From positions 13,210 through 77,209 of the forward strand of contig DYGU01000006.1 in the NCBI GenBank assembly GCA_020724525.1: a DNA stretch of 64,000 nucleotides, written 5' to 3'. Positions 1 through 10,559 of the stretch are shown one piece after another (positions within the stretch are counted from its first letter, which is position 1; each line of letters starts with the position of its first letter). The notes under the pieces were generated by a model that did not search any database, had not been told where the DNA came from, and worked only from the letters and a program-made list of their open reading frames with translations. This stretch comes from Dehalococcoides mccartyi. GTDB taxonomy: Bacteria; Chloroflexota; Dehalococcoidia; GIF9; DYGU01. A program made the translations under genes and the position numbers.

Positions 1-80
1 GCATTAAGTACGTGGAAGAGAAACTTCGCCTCAAACCCGGTAAAGCAGGTAGGGCTGGTATGAAGAAATAGGCAACAGCA

Positions 81-446
81 ATGGCAAAAACAAATCTGAG
101 ATTAGCTCGGCAACGGCGGCATTTTCGAGTCAGGAAAAAAATAGTTGGCACGCCCCTGCGTCCCAGATTATCTATTTTTCGAAGTCTCCAACACATCTAT
201 GCCCAAATTATAGACGATTCAACCGGAAGTTCTCTGGTTTCAGCCAGTAATCTTTCGCCTGAGATAGTGAATAGGACTAACCAGAAAACAAAGGTAGAGA
301 AAGCCGGATTGGTCGGCAGTTTAGTTGCTCAAAAGGCATTGCGAAAGGGGATTAAGCAAGTAGTTTTTGACCGAGGTGGCTATAAATACCACGGCAGAGT
401 AAAAGCTTTGGCTGAGTCAGCACGCCAGGCTGGTTTAGAATTTTGA
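81..446 (+). CDS. rplR: 50S ribosomal protein L18
   Basis: 121 aa ORF with a basic N-terminus ([20 protein letters not shown]) typical of L18. Its position before S5/L30/L15/secY matches the conserved ribosomal operon order. Confidence 0.9.
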   Translation: MAKTNLRLARQRRHFRVRKKIVGTPLRPRLSIFRSLQHIYAQIIDDSTGSSLVSASNLSPEIVNRTNQKTKVEKAGLVGSLVAQKALRKGIKQVVFDRGGYKYHGRVKALAESARQAGLEF

Positions 447-456
447 GGTTATTTTC

Positions 457-999
457 GTGAAAGCGGTAACAAAGCCATTAGTCCAGAAAGATAAAGTTGA
501 TGCTTCTGAGTTGTCCTTTACAGAAAAGTTGGTGTCTATCGACCGGGTTGCCAAAGTGGTCAAGGGGGGCAAGCGGCTCAACTTTAGAGCTTTAGTGGTA
601 GTTGGCAATGGTGAGGGAATCGTCGGTGCTGGTATAGGCAAAGCCAGAGAAGTACCCGAGGCAGTGCGTAAGGCAGGTGTTGAGGCTCGCAAGAATCTGA
701 TTAAAGTATCCCTTGCTGGAACTACTATCCCCCATGAAGTGCTGACTAAATATGGGGCGACTAAAGTTCTGCTTAAGCCGGCAGTCCCAGGTACCGGGGT
801 TATTGCCGCCGGTGGGACTCGAGCCCTTCTTGAAGTTGCCGGGGTAAAAGACATTCTAACTAAATCTTTAAGCAGCTCAAATTCAGTTAACGTAGTGAAG
901 GCAACTTTACTTGGTTTAGCAAGCCTCAGGGATCCCAAAGAAGCTGTAACCAGGCGCAAAGCGGAACCGGAAGTTGTAGAGGTTGGGAGGAATGGGTAA
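457..999 (+). CDS. rpsE: 30S ribosomal protein S5
   Basis: Contains the [37 protein letters not shown] motif of S5. Operon context supports the call. Confidence 0.9.
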   Translation: MKAVTKPLVQKDKVDASELSFTEKLVSIDRVAKVVKGGKRLNFRALVVVGNGEGIVGAGIGKAREVPEAVRKAGVEARKNLIKVSLAGTTIPHEVLTKYGATKVLLKPAVPGTGVIAAGGTRALLEVAGVKDILTKSLSSSNSVNVVKATLLGLASLRDPKEAVTRRKAEPEVVEVGRNG

Positions 1000-1186
1000 A
1001 CTATACATTACCTGGGTCAAAAGTGATATTGGCCATTCCAGAGACCAGCGACAGACTCTGAAGGCTTTGGGCTTCCATCGGCTTGGACAAACGATAGCCA
1101 AAGAAGACTCACCATCCATACGGGGCATGGTGACTAAGGTGAAACATTTGGTTGAAGTTGAGGCAGTTGAAAATGAAGCAAAATGA
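983..1186 (+). CDS. rpmD: 50S ribosomal protein L30
   Basis: 67 aa protein with an L30-like sequence ([27 protein letters not shown]). It overlaps the rpsE stop, which is typical. Confidence 0.85.
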   Translation: MGGMGKLYITWVKSDIGHSRDQRQTLKALGFHRLGQTIAKEDSPSIRGMVTKVKHLVEVEAVENEAK

Positions 1187-1616
1187 ACTAAAACCGGCAC
1201 CTGGAGCTAAACATAAAAGGAAACGGGTTGGGCGGGGAAACAGTAGTGGACACGGAACTTATTCTGGACGGGGCTGTAAGGGGCAGAAGTCTCGCTCTGG
1301 CACTAAAGTCCGGCCTGGTTTTGAGGGTGGACAATTACCGATTATAAAACGCTTGCCTCAAAAACGGGGATTTGTGAATCCATTTAAAACTCGCTATGCC
1401 ATTATTAATGTAAGTAAGCTTAATATTTTCGCCGCTAATAGCGAAGTAACTCCTGAGAAATTATTTCAAATGGGTCTGCTCAAATCATTGAAACAGCCGG
1501 TTAAAATCCTGGGTAATGGCAACATTGCTCGTCCTCTCTTGGTTAGTGCTACCGAGTTCTCTAAGGGAGCTGAAGAAAAAATTGTGACTGCTGGCGGAAA
1601 GGTAAAAAGGATTTAA
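1173..1616 (+). CDS. rplO: 50S ribosomal protein L15
   Basis: The L15 N-terminal consensus [22 protein letters not shown] begins at the second Met of the 1152..1616 track ORF. I place the start at 1173. Confidence 0.85.
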   Translation: MKQNELKPAPGAKHKRKRVGRGNSSGHGTYSGRGCKGQKSRSGTKVRPGFEGGQLPIIKRLPQKRGFVNPFKTRYAIINVSKLNIFAANSEVTPEKLFQMGLLKSLKQPVKILGNGNIARPLLVSATEFSKGAEEKIVTAGGKVKRI

Positions 1617-1617
1617 A

Positions 1618-2934
1618 ATGCGGCAAAGGGAAGGGAGACCACGACTTCTTCAGGCGATGTTGGATGCCTTTACTCTACCTGATTTAAGGCGCAGATTTCT
1701 TATCACACTGGGTATTTTGGTAATCTTTCGCTTTGTAGCTCATGTGCCGTTACCCGGTGTTGACCTGGCTGCATTGCGAGACCTTTTTGAGCGAAATCAA
1801 CTTTTAGGTATGCTTGACCTGTTTAGCGGTGGTGCTATGAGGAATTTTGGCATTGCGGCTATGGGTGTTTTTCCTTATATAACGGCTTCTATTATCATGC
1901 AACTACTGATACCAGTTATTCCTCGCCTCCGGGCTCTTGCCCAGGAGGGAGAGGCTGGTAGACATAGGATTAACCTGATTACCCATTGGCTAACAGCACC
2001 CTTGGCAGCTCTTCAGGGCTATGCCCAAATCACCTTACTCAGGGGAGAGGGTATTATTGCTGACACCGAATTGTTACCAACCGTAGCTATGGTTCTCACC
2101 CTAACTGCCGGCACTATTTTTTGCGTCTGGCTTGGTGAACTCATCACTGAGCGTGGCATTGGTAATGGGATTTCTCTAATAATTTTTGCTGGTATTGTGG
2201 CTGGACTACCAGAAATGATCGGGCGAGGTTATCTGGCTAAAGAGAACTTTAGCGGTTTATTTGTTTTTATCATTCTGGGATTAGCCCTGGCTGTTGTTAT
2301 TGTTATATTCACTGAAGCTCACCGGCGTATTCCAGTCCAATATTCTCGAAGCGTTATGCGAGGGGGTCGGATGTATCGGCAGTCCGGGTCGACTCACATT
2401 CCATTGCGAGTAAACTCTGCTGGTATGATACCCCTCATTTTTGCTATGTCAGTAATGATTTTCCCCAGCACCATAGCCAGTTATCTGGCTCGCCCTCCCG
2501 GGCAAGACCCAAACTGGGCTAATAGAATTATGGAAATCTTTAGCCCTGAAGCTGCCCTTCCCTTAGGTCTCCTTTACTGGGGGTTATATTTTCTGTTTGT
2601 GATTGCTTTCGCCTTTTTCTATACCATGGTAATTTTCCAGCAGATGAATCTGGCACAAACTTTGCAGCGTCAAGGTGGTTTTATCCCTGGTATCCGTCCT
2701 GGGCGTCTTACGGACAATTACCTTAACCAGGTTATTACCCGGATTACCTGGGGAGGTGCTCTCTTCCTAGCAATGGTGGCAATTATGCCTTTTGTGGCTC
2801 GGGAAATTACTGATGTCGGAGCTTTAACCCTTGACAGCATCGGCTTGCTTATTGCGGTTGGTGTTGCTTTGGATACTATGAAACAAATAGAAGCTCAGCT
2901 CCTGATGCGCCGCTATGAAGGTTTCCTGAGATAG
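1618..2934 (+). CDS. secY: preprotein translocase subunit SecY
   Basis: 438 aa polytopic membrane protein with the conserved SecY plug and TM segments. Its position after rplO matches the operon. Confidence 0.9.
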   Translation: MRQREGRPRLLQAMLDAFTLPDLRRRFLITLGILVIFRFVAHVPLPGVDLAALRDLFERNQLLGMLDLFSGGAMRNFGIAAMGVFPYITASIIMQLLIPVIPRLRALAQEGEAGRHRINLITHWLTAPLAALQGYAQITLLRGEGIIADTELLPTVAMVLTLTAGTIFCVWLGELITERGIGNGISLIIFAGIVAGLPEMIGRGYLAKENFSGLFVFIILGLALAVVIVIFTEAHRRIPVQYSRSVMRGGRMYRQSGSTHIPLRVNSAGMIPLIFAMSVMIFPSTIASYLARPPGQDPNWANRIMEIFSPEAALPLGLLYWGLYFLFVIAFAFFYTMVIFQQMNLAQTLQRQGGFIPGIRPGRLTDNYLNQVITRITWGGALFLAMVAIMPFVAREITDVGALTLDSIGLLIAVGVALDTMKQIEAQLLMRRYEGFLR

Positions 2935-2940
2935 ATTTGA

Positions 2941-3630
2941 ATGTATCTGATTTTACTGGGAGCTCCTGGAGCTGGAAAGGGAACACAAGCCGAGTTCCTG
3001 TCCCGCAAATTAGGAATAGCCCATATAGCCTCAGGTAATCTCTTCCGTCAGGAAGTGGCAAAGGGAACAAGTCTCGGTCTTTTAGCCAAGTCTTATATGG
3101 AAAGAGGGGCATTGGTTCCTGACGAAGTTACTATAAAGATGATTTTGGAGCGGCTTAATTCTAAAAATTGTAGTTTAGGTTGCCTTCTTGATGGATTTCC
3201 TCGAACTTTAGCGCAGGCTCAAGCTTTGGACAAGGCACTGGCTGGTATGAGCAAAGTTGTAGACAAGGTGATATATATTAAGGTATCTGAGGAGGAACTT
3301 CTCCGGCGGATTAGTGGACGCTGGTTGTGCCGTAATTGTGAAACTCCCTATCACTCGATAACCTCTCCGCCAAAAACAACTGGCAAGTGTGATGAGTGTG
3401 GCGGTGAGCTGTATCAGCGTCCTGATGATACCGAAGACACAGTAAAGGGAAGATTAAAAGTATATTTTGCCCAAACATTGCCTCTTCTTGACTATTATCA
3501 GGCGCAAGGCAAATTGATTGAAGTAGATGGCGAGGCCGGGGTTGAAACGGTAACTGAAAATATACTAAAAGCTCTCGCTATGAACAAGCCAAACGATAAG
3601 AGAGTGTTGAGTAATTACTGCGTGTCATGA
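2941..3630 (+). CDS. adk: adenylate kinase with Zn-binding lid
   Basis: P-loop GAPGAGKGTQ at the N-terminus and a CxxC...CxxC lid motif (CRNC...CDEC). Sits after secY. Confidence 0.9.
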   Translation: MYLILLGAPGAGKGTQAEFLSRKLGIAHIASGNLFRQEVAKGTSLGLLAKSYMERGALVPDEVTIKMILERLNSKNCSLGCLLDGFPRTLAQAQALDKALAGMSKVVDKVIYIKVSEEELLRRISGRWLCRNCETPYHSITSPPKTTGKCDECGGELYQRPDDTEDTVKGRLKVYFAQTLPLLDYYQAQGKLIEVDGEAGVETVTENILKALAMNKPNDKRVLSNYCVS

Positions 3631-3656
3631 CAGAATGGGGGTTGGTAAACAGTCTC

Positions 3657-4403
3657 ATGGTAATTATTAAATCCGGGTCAGAGATTGCAGCTATGCGACA
3701 GGCGGGGAAGTTTGTAGCCTCAATTTTAGAGAAGTTAAAGGAGGAGATAAAACCGGGAATAAAAACGGCTCATCTGGAAATGGTTACTGTCCACGAATTA
3801 GAAAAAGGAGGGGTTAAGTCTTCTTTTAAGGGTTACCATGGTTTTCCAGCCCATTTGTGTGTTTCAGTAAATAACGAAGTGGTGCATGGCATTCCTGGTG
3901 ACCGCGTTTTAGAGGAGGGGGATATTGTTTCCTTGGATGTCGGGGGAATCTATAAAGGTTTTCATGCTGATGCGGCAATAACGGTAGGAGTAGGCAAGGT
4001 CAGTCCTCAAGCTGAAAAACTTATTTCTGTAACTAAAGCCGCTTTAGTAGCTGGCATTACTGCGGCTCATCCTGGTGCCCATTTGGGTGATATTTCGGCT
4101 ACTATTCAGTGCTATGTAGAGTCTAAGGGTTTTTCTGTGGTTCGGGAGTATTCGGGTCATGGTATTGGCAGGCAACTCCATGAGGAACCGCAAGTGCCGA
4201 ACTTCGGCTTTTTTGGCGAGGGTCATCTCTTGAAAGAAGGGACAACCTTAGCCCTTGAGCCTATGGTAACTGCCGGTGGCTGGCGCACCAAGCTTGCTGA
4301 TAATCAATGGACAGTTCTTACGGCGGATGACAGTCTGGCAGCCCATTTTGAACATACTATTATTATTGCTCGTAATGAGGCTGAAATTCTGACAATACTT
4401 TAA
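3657..4403 (+). CDS. map: methionine aminopeptidase type I
   Basis: Pita-bread fold with conserved metal ligands (D...D...H...E...E pattern). The start is placed at the internal Met (MVIIKSGSEIAAMR) that matches the MAP N-terminal consensus. The track ORF begins 30 nt upstream. Confidence 0.85.
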   Translation: MVIIKSGSEIAAMRQAGKFVASILEKLKEEIKPGIKTAHLEMVTVHELEKGGVKSSFKGYHGFPAHLCVSVNNEVVHGIPGDRVLEEGDIVSLDVGGIYKGFHADAAITVGVGKVSPQAEKLISVTKAALVAGITAAHPGAHLGDISATIQCYVESKGFSVVREYSGHGIGRQLHEEPQVPNFGFFGEGHLLKEGTTLALEPMVTAGGWRTKLADNQWTVLTADDSLAAHFEHTIIIARNEAEILTIL

Positions 4404-4413
4404 ATAAAGGAAT

Positions 4414-4632
4414 ATGCCTAAGAAGGAAACAATAGAGGTTGAAGGGACGGTGATTGAGTCTTTGCCTAATGCGATGTTCCGTGTGGAATTACCCAACGGG
4501 CATAAAGTGTTAGCTCATATTTCAGGGAAAATAAGAGTTCATTATATTAGAATTTTGCCCGGAGACAAAGTGCTGGTAGAACTTTCGCCCTATGACTTAA
4601 CTCGGGGACGGATTACTTATCGATTTAAATAA
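4414..4632 (+). CDS. infA: translation initiation factor IF-1
   Basis: 72 aa S1-like OB-fold protein ([41 protein letters not shown]) typical of IF-1. Confidence 0.9.
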   Translation: MPKKETIEVEGTVIESLPNAMFRVELPNGHKVLAHISGKIRVHYIRILPGDKVLVELSPYDLTRGRITYRFK

Positions 4633-4640
4633 GAGATTGA

Positions 4641-4700
4641 TTACTAATGCTTATCCACCATTCTGAACAAAGCGGAGAAAACCTTTTTGACAGATAAGCC
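4641..4700 (+). repeat. partial copy (5' half) of the intergenic repeat family A
   Basis: ttactaatgcttatccaccattctgaacaaagcggagaaaacc matches the ttaccaatgcttatccaccatcctg...aacaaggcagagaaaccc segment of repeat copies at 20024, 20766 and 26262 (reverse). It lies in the infA-rpmJ spacer. Confidence 0.5.
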
Positions 4701-4757
4701 AGGAGAATCTATTATCTATGGAGTTTCTAAAAATAAGTAATAGGGAAGTATTGGACA

Positions 4758-4871
4758 ATGAAAGTACGGTCTTCAGTCAAGCGTCGCTGTGAAAAGTGTA
4801 AGATTGTTCGGCGACGCAGAGTAATCAGGGTAATTTGTGAAAACCCAAAACATAAGCAGAGGCAAGGCTGA
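4758..4871 (+). CDS. rpmJ: 50S ribosomal protein L36
   Basis: Hand-translated 37 aa [40 protein letters not shown] with the zinc-ribbon CxxC...C..H of L36. It lies between infA and rpsM. It is absent from the ORF track because it is shorter than 60 aa. Confidence 0.85.
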   Translation: MKVRSSVKRRCEKCKIVRRRRVIRVICENPKHKQRQG

Positions 4872-4891
4872 TTTTATCAGCGAGGTAAGAG

Positions 4892-5281
4892 ATGGCACGC
4901 ATTGCTGGTGTTGATATACCTAAAGATAAGAAAGTTGAGGTTTCATTACAGTATCTATACGGGGTTGGACCTACCTTAAGCCGGCGGATTTTGTCTGCCG
5001 CTGGTGTTAATCCTTCAACCAAAGTAAAGGACCTCAAGGAAGGTGAAATCGCTCACATCCGTGAAATTATTGATAGACAGTATAAGGTAGAGGGGGAACT
5101 CAGGAGGGAAGTTAATCTTAATATTAAGCGACTTGTCGAAATTGGCTGTTACCGAGGTCTGAAGCATCGGCGGAATTTGCCGGTTCGAGGACAGCGAACG
5201 CGGACTAATGCCCGAACTAAGCGTGGTCCACGAAAGACAGTAGCCGGTAGAGGACAAAAGCGGGGTATGGCTAAGAAATAA
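4892..5281 (+). CDS. rpsM: 30S ribosomal protein S13
   Basis: [26 protein letters not shown] is the canonical S13 N-terminus. Confidence 0.9.
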   Translation: MARIAGVDIPKDKKVEVSLQYLYGVGPTLSRRILSAAGVNPSTKVKDLKEGEIAHIREIIDRQYKVEGELRREVNLNIKRLVEIGCYRGLKHRRNLPVRGQRTRTNARTKRGPRKTVAGRGQKRGMAKK

Positions 5282-5293
5282 AGCGAGACTGGA

Positions 5294-5683
5294 ATGCCGA
5301 GAAGGAAAACAGGAGTTAAGAAACGGGAGCGTAAGGGGGTATCTGAAGGGAAAGCTTATATTCAGTCTACTTTCAACAATACTATTGTCACCCTTACTGA
5401 CCCCAAAGGAAATGTGATTGCCTGGGCAAGTGCTGGAACTGCCGGCTTTAAAGGTTCCCGGAAGGGCACTCCTTATGCTGCTCAGTTAGCTGCTCAGGAA
5501 GCTGTGCGCCGAGCTTTAGACCATGGTTTGCGCCGGGTCGAAGTCTATGTTAAAGGTCCTGGAAGTGGGCGCGAGGCAGCTATCCGCTCTCTTCAAGCTT
5601 CAGGGCTTTCGGTTACTGCTATCCGAGACGTAACCCCTATTCCCCATGGTGGCTGCCGCCCACCCAGCCGAAGGCGGGTATAA
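5294..5683 (+). CDS. rpsK: 30S ribosomal protein S11
   Basis: 129 aa. The S11 signature [32 protein letters not shown] is present. Confidence 0.9.
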   Translation: MPRRKTGVKKRERKGVSEGKAYIQSTFNNTIVTLTDPKGNVIAWASAGTAGFKGSRKGTPYAAQLAAQEAVRRALDHGLRRVEVYVKGPGSGREAAIRSLQASGLSVTAIRDVTPIPHGGCRPPSRRRV

Positions 5684-5693
5684 AGGTGAAAAG

Positions 5694-6320
5694 ATGGGAA
5701 GGTATGTAGAGCCTGTTTGCCGCTTGTGTCGTCGAGTCAGCGAAAAGCTGATGCTTAAAGGGGAGAGGTGTCTTACCCCAAAGTGCGCTCTGGAACGACG
5801 CAAAGGTTCTCCAAGGCAACGCTCTGTCAGGCAGCGGAAGATTTCCGACCGGGGGCTACAGTTGCTGGAAAAACAGAAAGCCCGCTATACCTATGGAGTC
5901 CTGGAGCGACAATTCCGCAGGTTTTTTGCCGAAGCCGAACGTCTTCCCGGCATTACTGGGGAAAATCTCATAGTCCTGTTGGAGAGACGCCTTGATAATG
6001 TTATCTATCGGCTGGGTTTTGTTACCTCCCGGTCTCAGGCAAGACAATTAGTTCGGCATGGACACTTTCTGGTGAATGGGCGCAAAACCAACATCCCCTC
6101 CTTTTTAGTGAAACCCGGGGATATTATAGAATGGCGGCAGGGTAGCCAGCAGACGGAATATTATAAAGAATTAGTCCAGGTTATTGGTGATGTTACTGTT
6201 CCCAGCTGGCTGAGTCTGGATAAGGAAAAACTCGTCGGGTATGTTATCAGCTTTCCCACCCGAGATGATATTCAGGTTAAGTTCAACGAGAAAGCTATTG
6301 TTGAATATTATTCCAGGTAA
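5694..6320 (+). CDS. rpsD: 30S ribosomal protein S4
   Basis: The start is placed at the internal [14 protein letters not shown], the S4 zinc-ribbon N-terminus. An S4 RNA-binding domain sits at the C-terminus. The track ORF starts upstream at 5646 and overlaps rpsK. Confidence 0.9.
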   Translation: MGRYVEPVCRLCRRVSEKLMLKGERCLTPKCALERRKGSPRQRSVRQRKISDRGLQLLEKQKARYTYGVLERQFRRFFAEAERLPGITGENLIVLLERRLDNVIYRLGFVTSRSQARQLVRHGHFLVNGRKTNIPSFLVKPGDIIEWRQGSQQTEYYKELVQVIGDVTVPSWLSLDKEKLVGYVISFPTRDDIQVKFNEKAIVEYYSR

Positions 6321-6335
6321 CGGGTTAACAGTTTT

Positions 6336-7355
6336 TTGATTAGTGAGAGAAAGTTCATGACTCTTTCAACTCCCGCGAAAGTAGACTGTATTGAGGCAAG
6401 TGATACCTATGGGCGCTTTGCTGTAGAGCCCCTGAAGCGGGGTGGGGGCATAACTTTGGGCAATGCTCTGCGTCGGGTACTTCTCAGTTCCCTCCCCGGT
6501 GCTGCCATAACCTGGGTCAAAATTGAGGGCATTCAGCACGAGTTCTCCACCATGCCCTATGTGAAGGAGGACACTATAGACTTTTTATTGAATGTAAAAC
6601 AGATAAGACTCCGTTCTATAACTAACCGACCCGGTAAATTGATTTTGGAAGTAGAGGGTGAAGGTGAGATCCGTGCTGCCGATATTAAGCCATCAGTAGA
6701 TTTTAAAATTGCTAACCCCGAACTTCATCTGGCAACCCTTGATTCCCCAGAGGCTAAACTCTATGTAGAGTTTAATGTGGAATTGGGCAAAGGCTATATT
6801 CCGGCTGGTTCCAGCAGCGGTTTGCCTATTGGGGCGATCCCAGTAGATGCCATTTTTAGTCCCGTATACCGGGTTAATTACTCTATAGAAGCTGTTCACC
6901 CTGGTCAGGAAGGTAGTCAAGAAAGGTTAATTCTGGAAGTTTGGACTGATGGTACTATCTTTCCCGCCGAGGCTGTTGTTAAAGCCTCTGGCATTCTTGT
7001 TGAGCAGTTATCCTTTTTTCGGGAATTGGTTAAGGCTCCAGTCCTGGAAGCAGCTGTATCCTGGCGTCAACTTTTATCTCCAGAACAATATAATATGCCT
7101 TTAGAAGAATTGAATTTATCAACTCGCACCTATAATAGTTTGAAAAGGTATGGCATTACTACCCTTGGGCAATTCTTAGAAAAGAGCCGTGATGAGCTGT
7201 TGGCTCTGCCCGGTTTTGGGGCAAAGTCTCAAGAAGAGTTAGAAAGGGTTTTGAACAACTTAGGTTTACCTTTGCCTATAGAAATAAGGGAAAAGAAAGG
7301 ACAGGCTGCCTCCACTAACATTTTGATGAGGAGGAAGATAGCAGGTGAGACATAA
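6336..7355 (+). CDS. rpoA: DNA-directed RNA polymerase alpha subunit
   Basis: 339 aa with an N-terminal dimerisation domain and a C-terminal alpha-CTD ([19 protein letters not shown]). The start could instead be the Met at 6357. Confidence 0.9.
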   Translation: MISERKFMTLSTPAKVDCIEASDTYGRFAVEPLKRGGGITLGNALRRVLLSSLPGAAITWVKIEGIQHEFSTMPYVKEDTIDFLLNVKQIRLRSITNRPGKLILEVEGEGEIRAADIKPSVDFKIANPELHLATLDSPEAKLYVEFNVELGKGYIPAGSSSGLPIGAIPVDAIFSPVYRVNYSIEAVHPGQEGSQERLILEVWTDGTIFPAEAVVKASGILVEQLSFFRELVKAPVLEAAVSWRQLLSPEQYNMPLEELNLSTRTYNSLKRYGITTLGQFLEKSRDELLALPGFGAKSQEELERVLNNLGLPLPIEIREKKGQAASTNILMRRKIAGET

Positions 7356-7698
7356 GATAGCTGGTCGTAAGTTGAGTAGACCTACTGCTCACCGCCGGGC
7401 ATTGTTTCGCAATTTGGTCACGGACCTGTTACGGTATGAGAAGGTTGTCACTACTGAGGCTAAAGCCAAGGAAGTGCACCGTTTAGCTGAAAAGATGATT
7501 ACCCTGGGTAAAGAAGGTAGTCTATCTTCCCGGCGGCAGGCTTTAACCTTCATTACTGATGAAAAGGTGGTCGCTAAAGTCTTTTCTGAGCTTGCTCAAA
7601 GGTATACCGCCCGTTCCGGGGGCTATACCAGACTGACCAAGTTAGGTCCCAGGCTTGGTGATAATGCGTCTATTGTCCAACTGGAACTGGTTGAGTAA
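7345..7698 (+). CDS. rplQ: 50S ribosomal protein L17
   Basis: 117 aa ([24 protein letters not shown]) matching the L17 consensus. Follows rpoA. Confidence 0.9.
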   Translation: MRHKIAGRKLSRPTAHRRALFRNLVTDLLRYEKVVTTEAKAKEVHRLAEKMITLGKEGSLSSRRQALTFITDEKVVAKVFSELAQRYTARSGGYTRLTKLGPRLGDNASIVQLELVE

Positions 7699-7744
7699 GC
7701 ATTTTGTTCCCCGCGAAATTTCCGATTTCGTTGGGTGACAAGAA

Positions 7745-8533
7745 ATGAAACTGTTTGATGATGCCAGTAAAGTTGTTGTAGTTATAGAATACAATGGTGA
7801 GCGTTACTACGGTTTCCAATGGCAAAAAAGTCTGCCTACTATTCAAGGAGAGCTGGAGGCAGCTATTATGAGATTGACTGGAGAAAGTCGCCGGGTGATA
7901 GCTACCAGCAGGACCGATGCTGGAGTGCATGCTAAAGGCCAGGTAATTAGCTTCTGGACAAAGAGTAACTTACCAGCCCAGACTTTAGTTAAAGCCCTTA
8001 ATTATTATTTGCCTCAGGATATCGTGGCTAAAGAAGCCTATAGAGTAGCTGAAAATTTCAATGTAAGACGGGATGCCATGAGCCGGGAGTATGAATACTA
8101 TATCCTGAATCGCCAAGTAAGGTCGCCCTTTGCCAGCCGGTTAGCTTATTTTGTGTCTAATCCCTTAAACTTGTCAGCTATGAATGAAGCCTGTCGATTT
8201 CTCGAAGGCGAGCACAACTTTGTCTCTTTTGCCACCTTTCTGGGTAAAATAACCAATCCAGTGCGAACAGTTTATGAGGCTAAGTTAAGAAAAAAGGGGA
8301 ACTGGGTTGCTTTTCGCATTATAGCCAACTCCTTCCTGCCCCATCAGGTGCGTAATACCGTGGGACTATTGCTTAAAGTTGGCTTAAACAGGATAGGGGT
8401 TGATGATTTCCGTCAGATACTGGATGCTAAAAGACTGGGCCTGGCAGGACCAACGGCGCCGGCTTATGGATTGTGTCTGACCAAAATCAATTATCCTAAA
8501 CCTTTGGCTGATTTTGGAAATGAAAACTTATAG
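7745..8533 (+). CDS. truA: tRNA pseudouridine(38-40) synthase
   Basis: 262 aa. The catalytic Asp motif RTDAGVHA is present. Confidence 0.85.
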   Translation: MKLFDDASKVVVVIEYNGERYYGFQWQKSLPTIQGELEAAIMRLTGESRRVIATSRTDAGVHAKGQVISFWTKSNLPAQTLVKALNYYLPQDIVAKEAYRVAENFNVRRDAMSREYEYYILNRQVRSPFASRLAYFVSNPLNLSAMNEACRFLEGEHNFVSFATFLGKITNPVRTVYEAKLRKKGNWVAFRIIANSFLPHQVRNTVGLLLKVGLNRIGVDDFRQILDAKRLGLAGPTAPAYGLCLTKINYPKPLADFGNENL

Positions 8534-8981
8534 CACTAAACCCGACGATATTAAGCGCCAGTGGCATCTAATTGATGCTTCTAGCAAGACTCTGGGCAGA
8601 CTATGTTCTCAGATAGCCAAGTTACTTATGGGGAAGCATAAACCCATATATTCCCCCCACCTTGATACCGGAGACTATGTAGTGGTTATTAATGCCGCTA
8701 AAATTAGGGTAACCGGGAAAAAAGCTAAGGAAAAAATTTACTACTCTCATTCCGGCTATCCCGGTGGTTTAAAGAGTGTTACCTTCGAAAACATGCTTCA
8801 GAAGCATCCCACACGGGTGATTGAACATGCTGTTAAAGGGATGCTCCCCCATAATCGTTTAGGTAGAGCTATGTTTAAAAAGCTTAAGATTTATGCTGGA
8901 GATAGCCATCCCCATCAAGCTCAGGTCATTGTGAGCAGGGCGAAGCAATCTCAACAAATATCGGAGCTGAAAGGTAATTAG
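8520..8981 (+). CDS. rplM: 50S ribosomal protein L13
   Basis: [28 protein letters not shown] is the typical L13 start. The start is placed at the second Met of the track ORF. Confidence 0.9.
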   Translation: MKTYSTKPDDIKRQWHLIDASSKTLGRLCSQIAKLLMGKHKPIYSPHLDTGDYVVVINAAKIRVTGKKAKEKIYYSHSGYPGGLKSVTFENMLQKHPTRVIEHAVKGMLPHNRLGRAMFKKLKIYAGDSHPHQAQVIVSRAKQSQQISELKGN

Positions 8982-8983
8982 TT

Positions 8984-9379
8984 ATGGCTAATGGGACTTA
9001 CAATCGGGCAACCGGAAAACGCAAATGTGCTGTAGCCCAGGTAAGACTTCTCTCAGGCAGCGGGATAATCACAGTCAACGGCAAACCTTATGAGGAGGTC
9101 TTCCCTCGCCTGGAACACCGCCGTCTTATTCAACTCCCCCTTTTGGCTACTAATACTGTGGGGAAATTTGATGTTATGGTCAAGGTGAACGGGGGCGGGG
9201 TAAGTGGGCAAGCCGGAGCTATCTGCCATGGAATTGCTCGGTCTCTGGCTCGAATCAGCAAAGGCTTTAAGCCCCTATTGCGTCAGGAAGGACTCCTCAC
9301 CCGAGACCCCCGGGTAAAAGAACGCAAAAAATATGGCCTCAAGCGCGCTCGCAAAGCTCCTCAATACACCAAGCGCTAA
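8984..9379 (+). CDS. rpsI: 30S ribosomal protein S9
   Basis: 131 aa with the C-terminal GLKRARKAPQYTKR S9 signature. Confidence 0.9.
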   Translation: MANGTYNRATGKRKCAVAQVRLLSGSGIITVNGKPYEEVFPRLEHRRLIQLPLLATNTVGKFDVMVKVNGGGVSGQAGAICHGIARSLARISKGFKPLLRQEGLLTRDPRVKERKKYGLKRARKAPQYTKR

Positions 9380-9491
9380 AGCCAAAGGTGGTTGGTTTTA
9401 GTCTCCATTGAAAGAAACTACGGGGCGGAATTTCTAATCCGCCAAGCTTGGCAAAGGTTGAACGGTCCAATAAAGGCTGGTGGCTACTTCG

Positions 9492-10559
9492 CTACTGTGC
9501 AATAATGGAGCGCAGGCGATGTTTTAGGTAGTTAATGGCTCCAACGGGAGTGGGGTCAATTTCATAAAGAATAGACAGGTAATAGCTGACCCAATCACCT
9601 AAAAAAACTAAGCCCATCATCTGACTGAGTTCACTTTCCCCCTGGCTATCAACAATTTTGTGTTTAATATCAAATTTGGTCAGGATTTCGGCGGTGACTT
9701 CATAGCGACGGAGAATTGGTGGGGGAAAGGACGGGGAGCGAAGGAGGACTACATAGACTTGCTTGGCTACTTCTCCCGGGAAGTGATAGCCGACAATGGC
9801 GTTATGGTTTAGCTCAGGGAAAACCTCATAGAAAGCCCAGGCTTTGCTATTTTCGTTAAACTGGGTCTTCCAGCGATGGGCTACTTCTGAGAGAATACCA
9901 GCCCCATAAATAACTACCAGTTTGCCATATAATTCTGTTGCCAACTGCTTGGCCGGATTTGAAGACACGGGCTCAGTTTCCTTTAGTTTTTTCACAAGGG
10001 CTTTTAAGTCTTTAATCATTGGCTCGATGGAGGGCTCGTCTTTAAGGAAGCCCAGTTTGTGGAGAAAAACCAGAAGCGGGATGAAACTATAGCCTAAAGC
10101 AGCCCGAGGGGGTGAGGAGTAGTCTATAATGAAAACGGGTACATTATGTCTTTCGGCTAATTCTTTTAATTTACCCCCGGTGGTAATGGCTAATTTCTTA
10201 GCTTTGGTTTTCAAAGCCTGGTGGAAAGCCGACAGGGTCTCTTCAGTCATCCCAGAATAACTGGAGGCGATAATCAGGGTTCTATCATCTACGAAGGGTG
10301 GAAGGTCACAATCCCGGTGGACGAAGATAATAGGTGTACTTAAGAAATAGGTCAACCCCCGCATAAGGTCGCCACCTATGGCTGAGCCACCCACCCCAAG
10401 AATGACTATTTTGTCAATATGGACATAATCGGAGGGCAAAGGGAAAGCTTTAGCCTTCTGCCAGGCTTGATGACATTGTTCAGGCAAATGGTGAAGATGA
10501 GCCCGCATATTCGCCGGGTCAAGGCGGTTATATATGTCAGGGTTATCAAGATTAAGCAC
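9492..10559 (-). CDS. bifunctional phosphoglucose/phosphomannose isomerase (SIS-domain, archaeal-type PGI/PMI)
   Basis: 355 aa with two SIS-like segments (ILGVGGSAIGGDL ... IASSYSGMTEET). Adjacent to a PGM/PMM gene. Confidence 0.7.
   Translation of the reverse strand: MLNLDNPDIYNRLDPANMRAHLHHLPEQCHQAWQKAKAFPLPSDYVHIDKIVILGVGGSAIGGDLMRGLTYFLSTPIIFVHRDCDLPPFVDDRTLIIASSYSGMTEETLSAFHQALKTKAKKLAITTGGKLKELAERHNVPVFIIDYSSPPRAALGYSFIPLLVFLHKLGFLKDEPSIEPMIKDLKALVKKLKETEPVSSNPAKQLATELYGKLVVIYGAGILSEVAHRWKTQFNENSKAWAFYEVFPELNHNAIVGYHFPGEVAKQVYVVLLRSPSFPPPILRRYEVTAEILTKFDIKHKIVDSQGESELSQMMGLVFLGDWVSYYLSILYEIDPTPVGAINYLKHRLRSIIAQ

Noticed and set aside
435-959. 174-aa minus-strand ORF antisense to rpsE
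   Set aside because: It is entirely embedded in the opposite strand of a highly conserved ribosomal protein gene. Its amino-acid composition (Ser/Thr/Ala/Pro/Leu) is typical of an antisense frame. Spurious.
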